A DNA stretch of 64,000 bases from an uncultured delta proteobacterium (GTDB lineage: Bacteria > Desulfobacterota > BSN033 > UBA1163), in NCBI GenBank assembly GCA_963708295.1, contig CAVPSJ010000004.1, forward strand, positions 480,001-544,000, written 5' to 3'. A program made the translations under genes and the position numbers. Under the pieces are notes generated by a model that saw only the letters and a program-made list of their open reading frames with translations, was not told the DNA's origin and made no database searches. This document shows positions 48,846-59,642 of the stretch, piece after piece; within the stretch, counting starts at the first letter, position 1; each line of letters begins with the position of its first letter.

Positions 48846-49496
48846 CTAATCATGCTGGTAGAACAAAACTGCAGATGAATGAAGTACCATCTGAGTGGTA
48901 GGCGGCATGTTTCCAAAAGGTGCAACAAAGGACATAACGGAAGGAGCGCCGCCAGTCAGTGTTATCGTTTTACCGTCGGGCGAGATAAATCCCATTCTTA
49001 CCATACCATCAATATGGGAGGTATTGCCAGTGTTCGGGCCGGATTTCCATTCGGTAGCGTAAGTACCCGGGTCCGCCGTGATGGTTATCTTACGATCCTT
49101 TGTCACAGTATAGTGAAATAGGAATGTTACGTTCGCAGACCCTGAGCTGGAAGGGTTAGTGATAGTGGGTGGAGGGGGATTGGGGTTAGGTGTTGTAAAA
49201 GGAAGTGTAGCGAAGTGAGTAAGTGTCTTAAACGATCCCGTGCCGTCACGTTGGAATGTGTAAACTCCCTCAGTACTAAACGTCTGAAAAATATACGCAC
49301 CCGGCGGTCCTTTGGGTCTGAGATTGGGTTCAAAGCCAAGGAATGCGATAAGAGCTGTGCCTCCGCCTGTAAAGTCATATTGGCCCCGTATGCCTTGAGG
49401 GGCAGACGGGCTGGTGGTTGCGCATGCAGCCAACATGAACGGTGCTACGACGGTGATAATCACAATTAAAACCAGATTCCTAATATTTCTATTCAT
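48846..49496 (-). CDS. Hypothetical beta-rich lipoprotein
   Basis: Lipobox LAAC, Thr/Gly-rich beta strands; GAGGAGG RBS. Confidence 0.75.
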   Translation of the reverse strand: MNRNIRNLVLIVIITVVAPFMLAACATTSPSAPQGIRGQYDFTGGGTALIAFLGFEPNLRPKGPPGAYIFQTFSTEGVYTFQRDGTGSFKTLTHFATLPFTTPNPNPPPPTITNPSSSGSANVTFLFHYTVTKDRKITITADPGTYATEWKSGPNTGNTSHIDGMVRMGFISPDGKTITLTGGAPSVMSFVAPFGNMPPTTQMVLHSSAVLFYQHD

Positions 49497-49664
49497 AGTT
49501 GACCCTCCTCGTCAGCGATTCTTTAAGATGGCTTCAACATATATTGTTCCGTTTTCTGAACAATAACCCTTCTGCTTCCCAATTCGATTGGCTCATAGAC
49601 ACCACCTCCGTTCAGATTCTAACGATACTCGTTCTTGTGGGAGACCCGAGGGGCAACTTATGCC

Positions 49665-50597
49665 CTACTGCTTATGATTGCCGTAAAACTTCCACTGGTC
49701 GTTTTCTTTAATGATCTGTGTGCCGGACATAGGCACCTTCATTGGTTTAGTATCATCTCGTCCCTTCGAGCAAAAGAATCCATCCAGATACGCTTTATCT
49801 CCCTGAGCTTCAAAAAACGTCACAGTCGCCTCGACTGAAGTAACGCCACGTTGGATAGGAGAGAAACGATCATTTCGAAGCCACTGTTCCAAACTTGCTT
49901 TCGTCATTCCGTTGTGAGAAAATTGATCCGAGTATTTGGTCATGATCCTCTCCACATCGTGGCTCACTATGTCGCTGCAGTGCTTATCAAAAAACTCCCG
50001 AACATCGGAGGGCACTTTGAGTGGCTCTTCTCTACTCGGCTGAAATGTCAAGGAATAGGCGTAGTTTTTCAGGTCCTCCTCTACCTTCCCCTTATCGGAC
50101 GCCACGATGATCGGGATCCATATATCCTCTTTCTTCGTATTAAGCACCAACATATTCACCTTCACCCCGTCATTGCGAACCCATCCCAACTCCGCTTCCT
50201 GCGCTGGAGTGCCATCTTTCAACTGCGAAGGTTTGTCATTTATTATTTTGAAATCTCTCCCAGATTTACTAAAGATAGGTAATAATATCTTGCTCCAATT
50301 GTCTATGGGGAGAGGGCTTGGGAAGACCGAAATCACAAAGTTAGGTATTGGGGGAAAAGTCCTTGAATCGGGAGCCGCGACCCGAATAACCTCTCCTGGT
50401 CTGAAAGGCTGCTTCACCCACTCTTTGGGATAGGAAACGGTGAAGGCCGGCCAGCCGTTCACATAAATGCCAGGAGTCGGTGCAAGGAAGGTCGGCTTCA
50501 CTTGACTCGTAGGATTCTGAGCTTGGGTGAGAGCAGAAAAACTCCCTACTAATGACATAACAGCCATGATCAATAATACGACGATGAGTTTTTTCAT
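49665..50597 (-). CDS. Hypothetical secreted two-domain protein (PsbP-like N-domain, NTF2-like C-domain)
   Basis: MKKLIVVLL signal peptide; FTVSYPKEW; D-x-E-x-IM-x-x-YSD-x-F...IIKENDQWK. Confidence 0.65.
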   Translation of the reverse strand: MKKLIVVLLIMAVMSLVGSFSALTQAQNPTSQVKPTFLAPTPGIYVNGWPAFTVSYPKEWVKQPFRPGEVIRVAAPDSRTFPPIPNFVISVFPSPLPIDNWSKILLPIFSKSGRDFKIINDKPSQLKDGTPAQEAELGWVRNDGVKVNMLVLNTKKEDIWIPIIVASDKGKVEEDLKNYAYSLTFQPSREEPLKVPSDVREFFDKHCSDIVSHDVERIMTKYSDQFSHNGMTKASLEQWLRNDRFSPIQRGVTSVEATVTFFEAQGDKAYLDGFFCSKGRDDTKPMKVPMSGTQIIKENDQWKFYGNHKQ

Positions 50598-50668
50598 AGG
50601 TCCCCCTTCCATGTGTTTGTTTTCTTGGTTCATGGGTCTGATAAAACTCGCTTTACGGTTGACCTTGT

Positions 50669-51109
50669 CTAAAGCTTTCTTTCTTTTATGGTTTGTAAAT
50701 TTCCGGTTTTTGAAAAGAAGAAATGATGGCGACGGTAGACCAATATTGTCCCAAACGATCCTTCCTCCATTTCGAGAGTTATGGTCTCCTGCGGTTTCCC
50801 AAATACGGAATGAATATGCTCAATAGGCATACCTTCTTGGAACAAAAAGATGCCAATAGCCAACCCCTTGCCGGTTGGGATTTTTTCCAGGATATACCAT
50901 TCTTTCGGAAACAATGTTGATGGGGCTTGTGACCCCGTACTGGCTGGGATGAAGTACGTTGGAGAGGCGTTGTCCAACGGCGGTTCTTCTAACGCTACGT
51001 TAGCCGGAGCTGGCATCATCACCTCTCCTCGCATAGCGTCTTCTGCGTAAATAATTCCAGGAATGCAAAGAACAAACATTATTAAAATCAGTAGGGTTCT
51101 CTTTTTCAT
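50669..51109 (-). CDS. Hypothetical secreted protein
   Basis: MKKRTLLILIMF signal peptide; GM-x-x-x-x-I-x-x-x-FGKP BamE-like motif; AGGAGG RBS. Confidence 0.7.
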   Translation of the reverse strand: MKKRTLLILIMFVLCIPGIIYAEDAMRGEVMMPAPANVALEEPPLDNASPTYFIPASTGSQAPSTLFPKEWYILEKIPTGKGLAIGIFLFQEGMPIEHIHSVFGKPQETITLEMEEGSFGTILVYRRHHFFFSKTGNLQTIKERKL

Positions 51110-51507
51110 GATTTGTCCCTCCTTCTTGGTTAGTTCTTACTGGCCTCTCATTTAATGGGGACCCTACCTCAGTTCTTCCAGATGATTGATGGAACCGTAG
51201 GGTATCGAGCCCCACTGCCTAGCCCAAAGAAGACGCCTCCGAAGGAGCAGCAAGAATTCCCCTCGGAGGCATCGTAGGATCGTCTTCTTAAATTTCGACT
51301 TCATATCTCACCTCCGATAAAGGTCTTGACGCTGCATCCATGACAGAAATTAATGTGGTATTTCCATGGGTTAAACACTCTGTCAGTTGGTTTCTTTTGA
51401 GACATCAACTGGCTCTTCAAATGTCTTGACTTTAAGAATTCATTTGTCTATGATGGTTTTTGCGTGCGCCTTTGAATTTGACTACAACTGATAGCATAAG
51501 GCGTCAT

Positions 51508-51531
51508 ATCTGACGGTTCGAACCGTCAGAT
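51508..51531. promoter_or_regulatory. Perfect 24-bp palindrome in divergent intergenic region
   Basis: ATCTGACGGTTCGAACCGTCAGAT equals its own reverse complement. Confidence 0.7.
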
Positions 51532-51597
51532 TTTTTGAACCTCCTCCGACCCTGATAAAACCTTCTGTCATTTCAATAAGATTCGAGGGGATAAAAA

Positions 51598-53585
51598 ATG
51601 GTAGAAAATACCAGAAATCCCATCAGAATCGACCTGAATGAATTCAAACTCCACATTCATCTCAAGAAGAATTCAATTGACGCTCCATTTCAATTCACCC
51701 TCGCGAAGGTTTTACCTCTCCGTGATCGCCCTTGTCGTTAACGAGATGAAAAAATTAGGGAAGAATCACCTCCATCCCCCTGGAACGACACCTCGGCCAG
51801 CTTGTTTTGCTAAACGAAACAATAGGAGGTTCAGCCGGATCGTCCGAAACGGAGAATTTGCTTCCGAGGATTTATAGGAAATGGAAGGACGCCCTCCCTG
51901 ACCTGGAAGATGCCCCTCTTTTTAAGGTTCTCGGAAGAAGAAAAGAACACGATGAAGGGATCGGTAGAACCTATCCATTTGCCGAGGCTGAAAAAGACAG
52001 CTGGGCGAATCTTTTCGAGTACCAGGGGAGCGAGGAGAATGTCAGGCTGAAGTTTTCAATCGACAGGGTCGGAGCAACCTTAGATGATATCGTGATCGTC
52101 TACGGAGATTCTTCAGACGGGGAGGCATGGGACAGGTTTGTCTCGAACCTCAAAGGGAAGCACGAGAACCTATCCGAAGCAGAGGCCATCCAATCTCCCC
52201 CGAAAGTACCTGAATCCCCCGACTCACCGATGGAGAAGCGGAAGACTCCCTGGCAAGGCCGACGTCGCTGGGCAGTCCTTGTCGCCCTGATTGTCGTCAT
52301 TGCAGTGGCTGCCACCTTGGCCACGTGGAAACTCTATTTGAAACCTGCTCCAGAAAATAAGGCTTCTGCGGAGAAGATGGCCTTCCCCTTGCCCGATGTA
52401 CCTTCTATTGCTGTGATGCCCTTTGTGAACATGAGCGGTGACCCCAAACAGGAGTTTCTCACTGACGGGATCACCGAAGAAATCATCACCGCTCTCTCCA
52501 AAATTCCTCGCTTATTTGTGATGTCCAGGCAGTCAACCTTTTTCTATAAAGGCAAACCCGTGAAGGTTAAGCAGGTGAGCGAGGAGCTTGGAGTTCAATA
52601 TGTGCTTGAGGGGAGTGTTCAAAGGTCTGCTGACCGCATCCGGATTAATACCCAGTTGATCGATGCCCTCACAGGACGTCACGTCTGGTCTGAGCGGTAC
52701 GAGCGTGATCTGAAAGACCTATTTGCACTACAGGATGAGATCACCATGAAGGTCTTAGCCGCTGTCCGAGTAAAGCTGACAGGGGAGGAACTATCCTCTA
52801 CGGTCTCGAAATACTATAGCGGGAAACGAGGTCTCGATTGCTGGTTGAAGCACTTGGAAGCGCTCAGATACATTGAGCGTACAACTATCGAGGACAGCAA
52901 TGTAGCTCGGCGGCTTGCCGAGGAAGCTGTTTCAATGTGTCCAGAAAATCCAGTAGGTTATTACGTCCTCAGTTATGTCTGGCTGAACGATTATATTATT
53001 GGGAACCCGAAGTCTCCTCGGGAAACTGTTGAGAAAGCTATAGAGCTGGCCCAAAAAGCCCTTGCCATGGATGATTCCTACTCCGAGCCCCACGCATTGT
53101 TGAGTGTTCTCTATAGTCACAGAGGGGAGTATGATAATGGGGTTGCTGAGGGAGAGCGGTTTGTAGCCGCCTATCCCAGCAGATGGGGTGCCTATAATGT
53201 CTATGCCCAGGCTCTGACCTTTGCATGCCAGTCGGAGGAAGCCATTCCAATCTTCCAAAAGGCAATCCGACTCAACCCCAACCCTACGGTCAATACCCTT
53301 GTAATTTACGGGCACGCCCTCCGGATGGCGGGTCGGTTTGAAGAGGCGGTTTCGGTATATAAGAAAGCCATTCAGCGTACGCCTGATTTTATCCGTGCCC
53401 ATATCGGCTTAGGGGCTACATATAGCTTGATGGGGCGAGAGAAGGAAGCTCGTGCTGAGGCTGAAGAAGTCCTCAGGATAAATCCAAAGTTTTCGCTGGA
53501 TCTCTTTAAGACAGCATCTCCCTATAAGGATCCAGCAGAAATTGATAAAGTTATTAATGCCATGCGCAAGGCAGGGCTAAAATGA
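51598..53585 (+). CDS. Unknown N-terminal domain - TM - TolB-N-like domain - TPR protein; frameshifts ~51668 and ~51762
   Basis: Reconstructed N-terminus MVENTRNPIRIDLNEFKLHIHL.../RIQLTLHFNSPSRRFYLSVIALVVNEMKKLG/ITSIPLERH...LLNETIGG. It continues through a TM, PSIAVMPFVNMSGDPKQEF-x-x-DG-x-TEEII...YVLEGSV, and TPRs. Confidence 0.8.
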
Positions 53586-53890
53586 TAGACTGAATCTCCC
53601 TATTCAGGTCTGACAAATACTTCGCAACTATTTGTTTTAACACTGTCGTTCGAGAGCCGTCCCAAAAATAACGACGGAGTGAAGGGGGCCTTCATTCTTC
53701 AGTCAGATTCAGATGGGGTTCCGGTGCAATTAATTTGAGTCTTGGAAAATAGGTTCGATAACGGGAGACATCGCGAGTTTGCAATGGTATTTGGGCAATG
53801 GCGGCATGAGCCTCGATGAAAAAGTTAACCGGATGCATTGAGTGATTATCATTTCTTTTACCCCATTTTCCGTACACTTGACCCATATGT

Positions 53891-53953
53891 CTATTTTATA
53901 GTTTACTACAAAATAGCCTTGACTATTTTGTAGTCTAAGTTATTATAGCCATA
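53891..53953 (+). promoter_or_regulatory. Promoter with triple operator, probably giving a leaderless transcript
   Basis: CTATTTT(A/G)TAGT at 53891 (direct), 53905 (inverted) and 53923 (direct). TTGACT at 53919, TATTAT at 53941, ATG at 53953, no SD. Confidence 0.65.
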
Positions 53954-55110
53954 TGCGGTACATTACCCCCTATATCCTGGATGATCTTCATTCAAAAATG
54001 GTCTTTATAAGCGGACCCCGTCAGGTGGGAAAAACCACTCTTGCCAAAGGTATTCTTTCAGACCATTTTCCCTCGGGCAGATACCTGGACTGGGATCTGG
54101 ATGAGGATCGACAGGATATCCTCAAGAAGAGATGGCATATAGAGGATAAGCTCTTGATCTTTGATGAATTGCACAAACTCCCTAGATGGAAGACATGGAT
54201 TAAGGGAATCTACGATGAGTCCCATAAATCCCATGCCTTTCTTGTGACAGGCTCCGCACGTCTCGACATTTACCGCCGTGGGGGAGATTCACTCATGGGA
54301 CGGTACCATCCCTGGCGACTCCATCCCTTTACCCTTGACGAGTTGCCAAAAGGGATTTCTTCCAGAGAGGGTTATCAAAGACTGATGACGGTCGGCGGTT
54401 TTCCAGAGCCCTTCATCAGTGGAGATGAACGGGCGGCTCGGCGTTGGCGGAGAGAGCGTTTCGATCGTGTTCTCCGTGAAGATGTGCGGGATTTGGAGTC
54501 CATTCGAAACATTCAGCTTCTTGGAATCTTTGTGGACATGCTGCGTCAGCGGGTGGGAGGCCTAATTACCCTTTCAAATATAGCAACTGACCTCCAGATC
54601 TCTCCCAAAACGGCGAAGGCTTGGCTTGAAGTCCTTGAAAGGATGTATCTTCTGTTTACGGTTCGTCCGCATACAAGGTCTCTGCCCAGAGCCGTACTCA
54701 AACCGCCGAAAGTCTACTTCTTCGACAACGCCGATGTCCTTTCCGGTGAAGGGGAACGGTTTGAGAATCTGGTGGCAACCTCCCTGCTGAAACGACTCCA
54801 TTTTCTGGAAGACCGTGATGGATATCGATATGAATTGCGTTTTCTTCGTGATAAGGAGGGCCGGGAAATTGACTTTGTCATTATCAAGGAAAACCGTGTT
54901 GAGGAACTGATTGAGGCCAAGTGGGCGGACGATAAAATTTCAAAATCGCTTATCTATTATACTGAACGCTTGAAACCCGAGAAGGCCACTCAAATCACTG
55001 CCCATGTGAGAAGACCTTACAGCCAAGGACGCATCCGAGTTACAGATCCCCTTTCTTACTTTCACCGGGACTTTTTCGCCGGCGCCGAGACCATTAAGAC
55101 AAATTCTTAG
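53953..55110 (+). CDS. AAA_14 ATPase with DUF4143 (wHTH and C-terminal PD-(D/E)xK-like) domain
   Basis: GPRQVGKTT, IFDELH, VTGSA, GGFPE, PKVYFFD, FENLV, EIDFV...IEAK. Confidence 0.9.
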   Translation: MRYITPYILDDLHSKMVFISGPRQVGKTTLAKGILSDHFPSGRYLDWDLDEDRQDILKKRWHIEDKLLIFDELHKLPRWKTWIKGIYDESHKSHAFLVTGSARLDIYRRGGDSLMGRYHPWRLHPFTLDELPKGISSREGYQRLMTVGGFPEPFISGDERAARRWRRERFDRVLREDVRDLESIRNIQLLGIFVDMLRQRVGGLITLSNIATDLQISPKTAKAWLEVLERMYLLFTVRPHTRSLPRAVLKPPKVYFFDNADVLSGEGERFENLVATSLLKRLHFLEDRDGYRYELRFLRDKEGREIDFVIIKENRVEELIEAKWADDKISKSLIYYTERLKPEKATQITAHVRRPYSQGRIRVTDPLSYFHRDFFAGAETIKTNS

Positions 55111-55168
55111 TAATAAAGGCTTAAGGATAAGATCGCACTTCTATTCAACCCGGGAAGCTTCAAGGAAT

Positions 55169-55885
55169 TTATATCAATCCAATCAATCTCTTTAGGTTTT
55201 TGGAAAGGAGCCATTCCTTTTTGTCATCTCCGATCGGCAGGGAGAGTACTTTCTCCAGTTCCCATTTCATCGTTCCAAACGGAATGTCAGAACCGAACAG
55301 GATTCTCTCATGTCCTATCTTATCTATAAACTTCATGACCGTGTCTGAACCGGCTAAGGCGGTGTCAAAGTAGACATTCTCTCTCCCTTTGAACGTATCG
55401 AGGAAGTCCATTGGATTTCCTCCCAGTGCTCCCAGGTGCGGAATGATGATCTTCAAACTTTTCGTCTTCTTTACAAAAGCCTCGGTAAAAGCGAATTCTT
55501 CCTCAACAACGATGGGAAGGTCAATCCTCTCTGAGGCATCGATAAATTCTTCCAGCTTAGGATCTTTCAAAGCCTGATAGTTGGATGAGGAATCCTGGAC
55601 CCCTCGCATCCAGTGCCATTTCCCTCCATAATACCCTTTGCCCTCGGCGATGGGTTTCATTGTTTCTGGAATGTAATAATAAGGAATGAATCTTCTTATT
55701 CTATTGGTCTCATCGAGAAGTTTTTCATTGATTCCTTCATCGGCCAACGCTGTGGAAGGAAATGGAAAGACAACAATCCGACTCACGCCACTTTCTTCGG
55801 CCTGCCTCAGAAGTTCTTCAGTCGTTACCTCTGTTCCCATGGTGACCGAGGGTCCCCAGTGGGTATGGCAATCAATGATTTCCAT
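55169..55885 (-). CDS. Amidohydrolase_2 family metal-dependent hydrolase
   Basis: IIDCHTH, IIPHLG, NVYFDT, RILFGSDIPF. Confidence 0.88.
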   Translation of the reverse strand: MEIIDCHTHWGPSVTMGTEVTTEELLRQAEESGVSRIVVFPFPSTALADEGINEKLLDETNRIRRFIPYYYIPETMKPIAEGKGYYGGKWHWMRGVQDSSSNYQALKDPKLEEFIDASERIDLPIVVEEEFAFTEAFVKKTKSLKIIIPHLGALGGNPMDFLDTFKGRENVYFDTALAGSDTVMKFIDKIGHERILFGSDIPFGTMKWELEKVLSLPIGDDKKEWLLSKNLKRLIGLI

Positions 55886-55946
55886 AAGTATTCATCGGAG
55901 GACAACAGACTTTTAAGGGAACAGGAAATTTATAAGCAGAATTGAC

Positions 55947-56831
55947 TCAAATTCTCTCCCTATTGATAGGGGAGGATGAGAGCGGAGCCGACTCGACAAG
56001 GCTCCGGATCACCTTCATATTCTTCAGGTCTTCAACGGTATCCTTTCTCGGGGTCTCCATGATCCCGGGAAGATGCCTCAACAAGGGATGGTTGACCAGA
56101 CATCTGAACCCTTCCCGTCCGATATGCCCCTCACCGATATGCCAATGTCGATCTTTTCTCGATCCCAGAGGAGTCTTTGAATCATTGAGGTGGAGGAGAT
56201 GGAGTCGTTTCAAGCCAAGGGCTTGGTCAAAGGCTTCAAGGGTCCTTTCGATTCCATCCTTGTTGGAAAGGTCATATCCCGCTTCAAAAGAATGAGCCGT
56301 GTCAAGACAGACCCCCATTCTTTCATGGTCAGAGAACTCCGTCGATGATTCTCTTGATCTGATCAAAGGCGTAGCCGATCTCTGTCCCCTGCCCGGCGGT
56401 GTTCTCCATGAGGAGAATGACACCATTCTTCACCTTTTCAAAGGCTTGATCAATCCCTTGAGAAACAGCCTCAATGGCTTGATCTTCGGAGGATTCCATT
56501 CGATGACCAATATGGATGATCAGATAGTGAGCTCCTAAATGGTTCCGCCCTTTGAAGATCTGTGGCGATGGAATGGATGGATCGCTTATAGAATTTTGAT
56601 TCTGAGCGAAGCAATATTGGGGAGATAGGGCATGTGGAGAACGATGGGGGAGAGGTCAGAGGATTGGATGGAGGATCGAAACGCTTCCACTTCCTTTTTA
56701 TTCAACGGAGAATAATTCCATCCCCTCGGGTTTCGGGAGAAGAATTGGATGGTCTCACAACCTCTCGCCTCAGCCCTTTCGACGATCCTTGAGAACCCTC
56801 CTGCAATGGAGATATGAAAACCAAATCGCAT
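55947..56831 (-). CDS. nfo: Endonuclease IV; several frameshifts (~56350-56600)
   Basis: GFHISIAGG, QFFSRNPRGW, HMPYLPN, CLDTAH, HLNDSK...DRH-x-HIG-x-G, METP. Confidence 0.88.
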
Positions 56832-56918
56832 TTACATACCCTCCGTGATGCTCATCGCAGGATATCTCGGGGGTATCTCTTGGGAGCAGGAGAACGACCC
56901 ATTGATTTTCGTCGAGAA

Positions 56919-59608
56919 TTAAAGCTTCCGGATTTTCACCGCGCAGACCTTGAATTCAGGGATCTTGGCTACAGGATCCAAGGCGTCGATGGTCAGCAGG
57001 TTGGCAGCTGCTTCCTTGAAGTGAAAGGTCATGAAAACGACACCCGGTGGAAGATTGTCGGAAACCTTTGATTTGACCTGGACCCTGCCGCGACGAGAGG
57101 TGACTTCGACCAATCCGTTATCCGGCTTGATTCCTAACCGTTGCGCGTCTTCAGGATTGATCTCGATCACTCCCTCCGGATAGATCTCCGAGAGTCCCTT
57201 CGACTTCCGGCTGATCACCGTGTGGTAGTGGTAGAGCACCCGGCCTGTGGTCAACAGGAAAGGATATTTCTCGTCGGGGAGTTCCGGAGCGGGCGCATAA
57301 GGCGTGACGTGAAACTTTCCTTTGCCCCGGCTGAACTTGTCTTTATGGAGGAAGGGAGTGCCCGGATGGTCTTGCGTCGGACAGGGCCACTGGAGTCCCA
57401 ACCCTTCCAACCGTCGCGTACTGCATGCCACCGTATGAGGGCGTCACGGAAGCGATCTCGTCCATGATTTCTTTGGGTGAAGAATATCCCAGCGGATAAC
57501 CCAGGCGTGATGAGAGATCGCAGAGGATCTGCCAGTCTGGCCGGCTATTTCCAATGGGCTCGATCGCCTTGCGCACGCGCTGGACCCGTCGCTCCGTGTT
57601 TGTGAAGGTTCCATCCTTCTCGGCAAAGCTCACTCCGGGAAGGACCACGTGGGCCAATTCGGCGGTCTCCGTAAGAAAGATGTCCTGGACGACGAGGAGG
57701 TCGAGGTGTTTGAGTTCCTCCTTCACCTGATTCATATTGGGGTCCGAAAGCAATGGATTCTCTCCGAGGATGAAAAGGGCCTTCACTTTCCCCTCGGCGA
57801 TCCCCTTCATCATCTCCATCAGAGTCAGCCCGGGACGGGGCGGAAGAGAGACGCCCCACGCCTTTTCAAACCTCTGCCGAACCGCAGGGTCGTCGACCCG
57901 TTGATAGCCCGTATACACATTCGGCAGGCCGCCCATGTCACAGGCTCCCTGAACATTGCTTTGTCCCCGGAGGGGGTTGACTCCCGAAGAAGGTTTACCG
58001 ATCTGTCCTGTGGCCATGGACAGGTTCGCCAGGGCAAGAACGTTGTTCGTCCCCGTGACGTGCTGGGTGATGCCCATCGCATAGAGAATGGAGGAATTGG
58101 AGGACTGGGCATAAAGACGCGCTGCTTCCACGATATCGCTTGCCGGCACACCCGTGATCTTTTCCACCGCTTCCGGAGTATAATCTTTCACCGAATCGGC
58201 AAGGGCCTCAAATCCTTCTGTGCGTTCGTCCACGAAGGCCTTGTTGAGCCATCCCCGGGAAATGATGACGTTCAGCATCCCGTTGATCAAGGCCACGTCC
58301 GTCCCGGGCTTTTGTTGAAGCCAGAGATGGGCGTAGTCCACAAGGTCGATCCTCCGGGGATCGGCCACAATGAGCTTGGCCTTTTTCTGCCTCACGGCCG
58401 CTTTGACCTCGAGGGCAATGACAGGATGATTCTCGGATGTGTTTGAGCCGATGACGAAAATGCAGTCCGCATTCCTGATCTCTCCGATGGGATTGGTCAT
58501 CGCTCCGCTTCCAAATGCCATCGCCAGACCGGCGACGGTGGAGCTGTGTCAGAGACGGGCACAGTGGTCTACATTGTTCGTGCCCAGGGCAGCCCGGGCG
58601 ATCTTCTGGAGGAGATAGTTCTCTTCATTCGTGCACTTGGCAGAGACAAGGACACCGATGGCATCGGCTCCATGCTGGGCCTTTACCTTTTTCAGACCGT
58701 TCGCCACGGTATCTAGGGCCTCATCCCAGGAGGCCTGGCGAAACTTCCCGTTCTCCTTGATCAGGGGCTCGGAGAGCCGGTCAGGACTGTGCACGTAGTC
58801 GAAACCAAACCTGCCCTTCACACAGGTCCAGCCTCGATTCACTCCCAGGTCAGGATCAGAAGTAACCTTCACCACACGGTTGTTCTTTCACGTTGAGAAC
58901 AAGTGTGCATCCGACACCGCAATAAGAACAGGTGGTCGGAACTTTTTTCAACTCCCATTCCCGTCCCTCAAAGCGTCCCGCCTTTTCGCTCAGTGCCCCC
59001 ACGGGACAGACACTGACACAGTTCCCGCAGAAGACACAGGGGGTCTCCTGCATGGAGCGATCAAAGGAGGCAGCAATCTTCGTAGCGAATCCCCGTTTGG
59101 AATGGTCCACGGCTTCGCAGTATTGCACTTCATGGCAGACGGTGACACACCTTCCGCACAGGATGCACTTATTGTAATCCCTTTCATAGAAAGGGTTGGA
59201 GGATCGAATGGGGTAGTTGTGTTTCTCTCCCTCGAAGCGCGATTTCCGAATCCCAAATTCGTAGGCGTATTTTTCCAGCTTGCAGGAACCGCTCTTTTCA
59301 CAGGTCATGCAATCATAAGGATGGTCGGAGAGTAAAAACTCGATCGCCAGTCTTCGGGCATCCTGCACCCGCTTTGTGTTGGTTCGGACCACCATCTTGT
59401 TGGCCACGGGATAGGCGCAGGAAGCCACCAGGGTCCTGGATCCCTCAACCTCCACCACGCATAAACGACAGGCCGTGGTCGGCGTCAGATCTTTCCGGTA
59501 GCAAAGATGAGGGATAGGGATCCCTTCCTTCTTGCAGGCGTCAAAGATCGTCATTCCCGCCTGGGCTTTCACCTCACGGCCGTCGATGGTCAATTGCATC
59601 TCTGCCAT
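56919..59608 (-). CDS. fdhA: Selenocysteine-containing Mo/W formate dehydrogenase alpha subunit with NuoG-like FeS N-terminus; frameshifts ~58880 and ~57420
   Basis: [2Fe-2S] and [4Fe-4S] motifs, CSYCGVGC...[57 protein letters not shown]. Confidence 0.92.
58518..58551 (-). other. Sec UGA codon (58551-58549) and bacterial SECIS hairpin
   Basis: mRNA UGA CAC AGC UCC A-CCGUCGCC-GGUCU-GGCGAUGG: an fdhF-type stem-loop just 3' of the UGA. Confidence 0.9.
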
Positions 59609-59642
59609 ATTTTTGCTCCTATTCTTATCGTTTGTCCCTTTC

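Noticed and set aside
48400-48850. Integron attC sites or REP/transposon ends
   Set aside because: Only partial TAAC/GTTA-like boxes; no paired R/L boxes could be established and no integrase or transposase is present.
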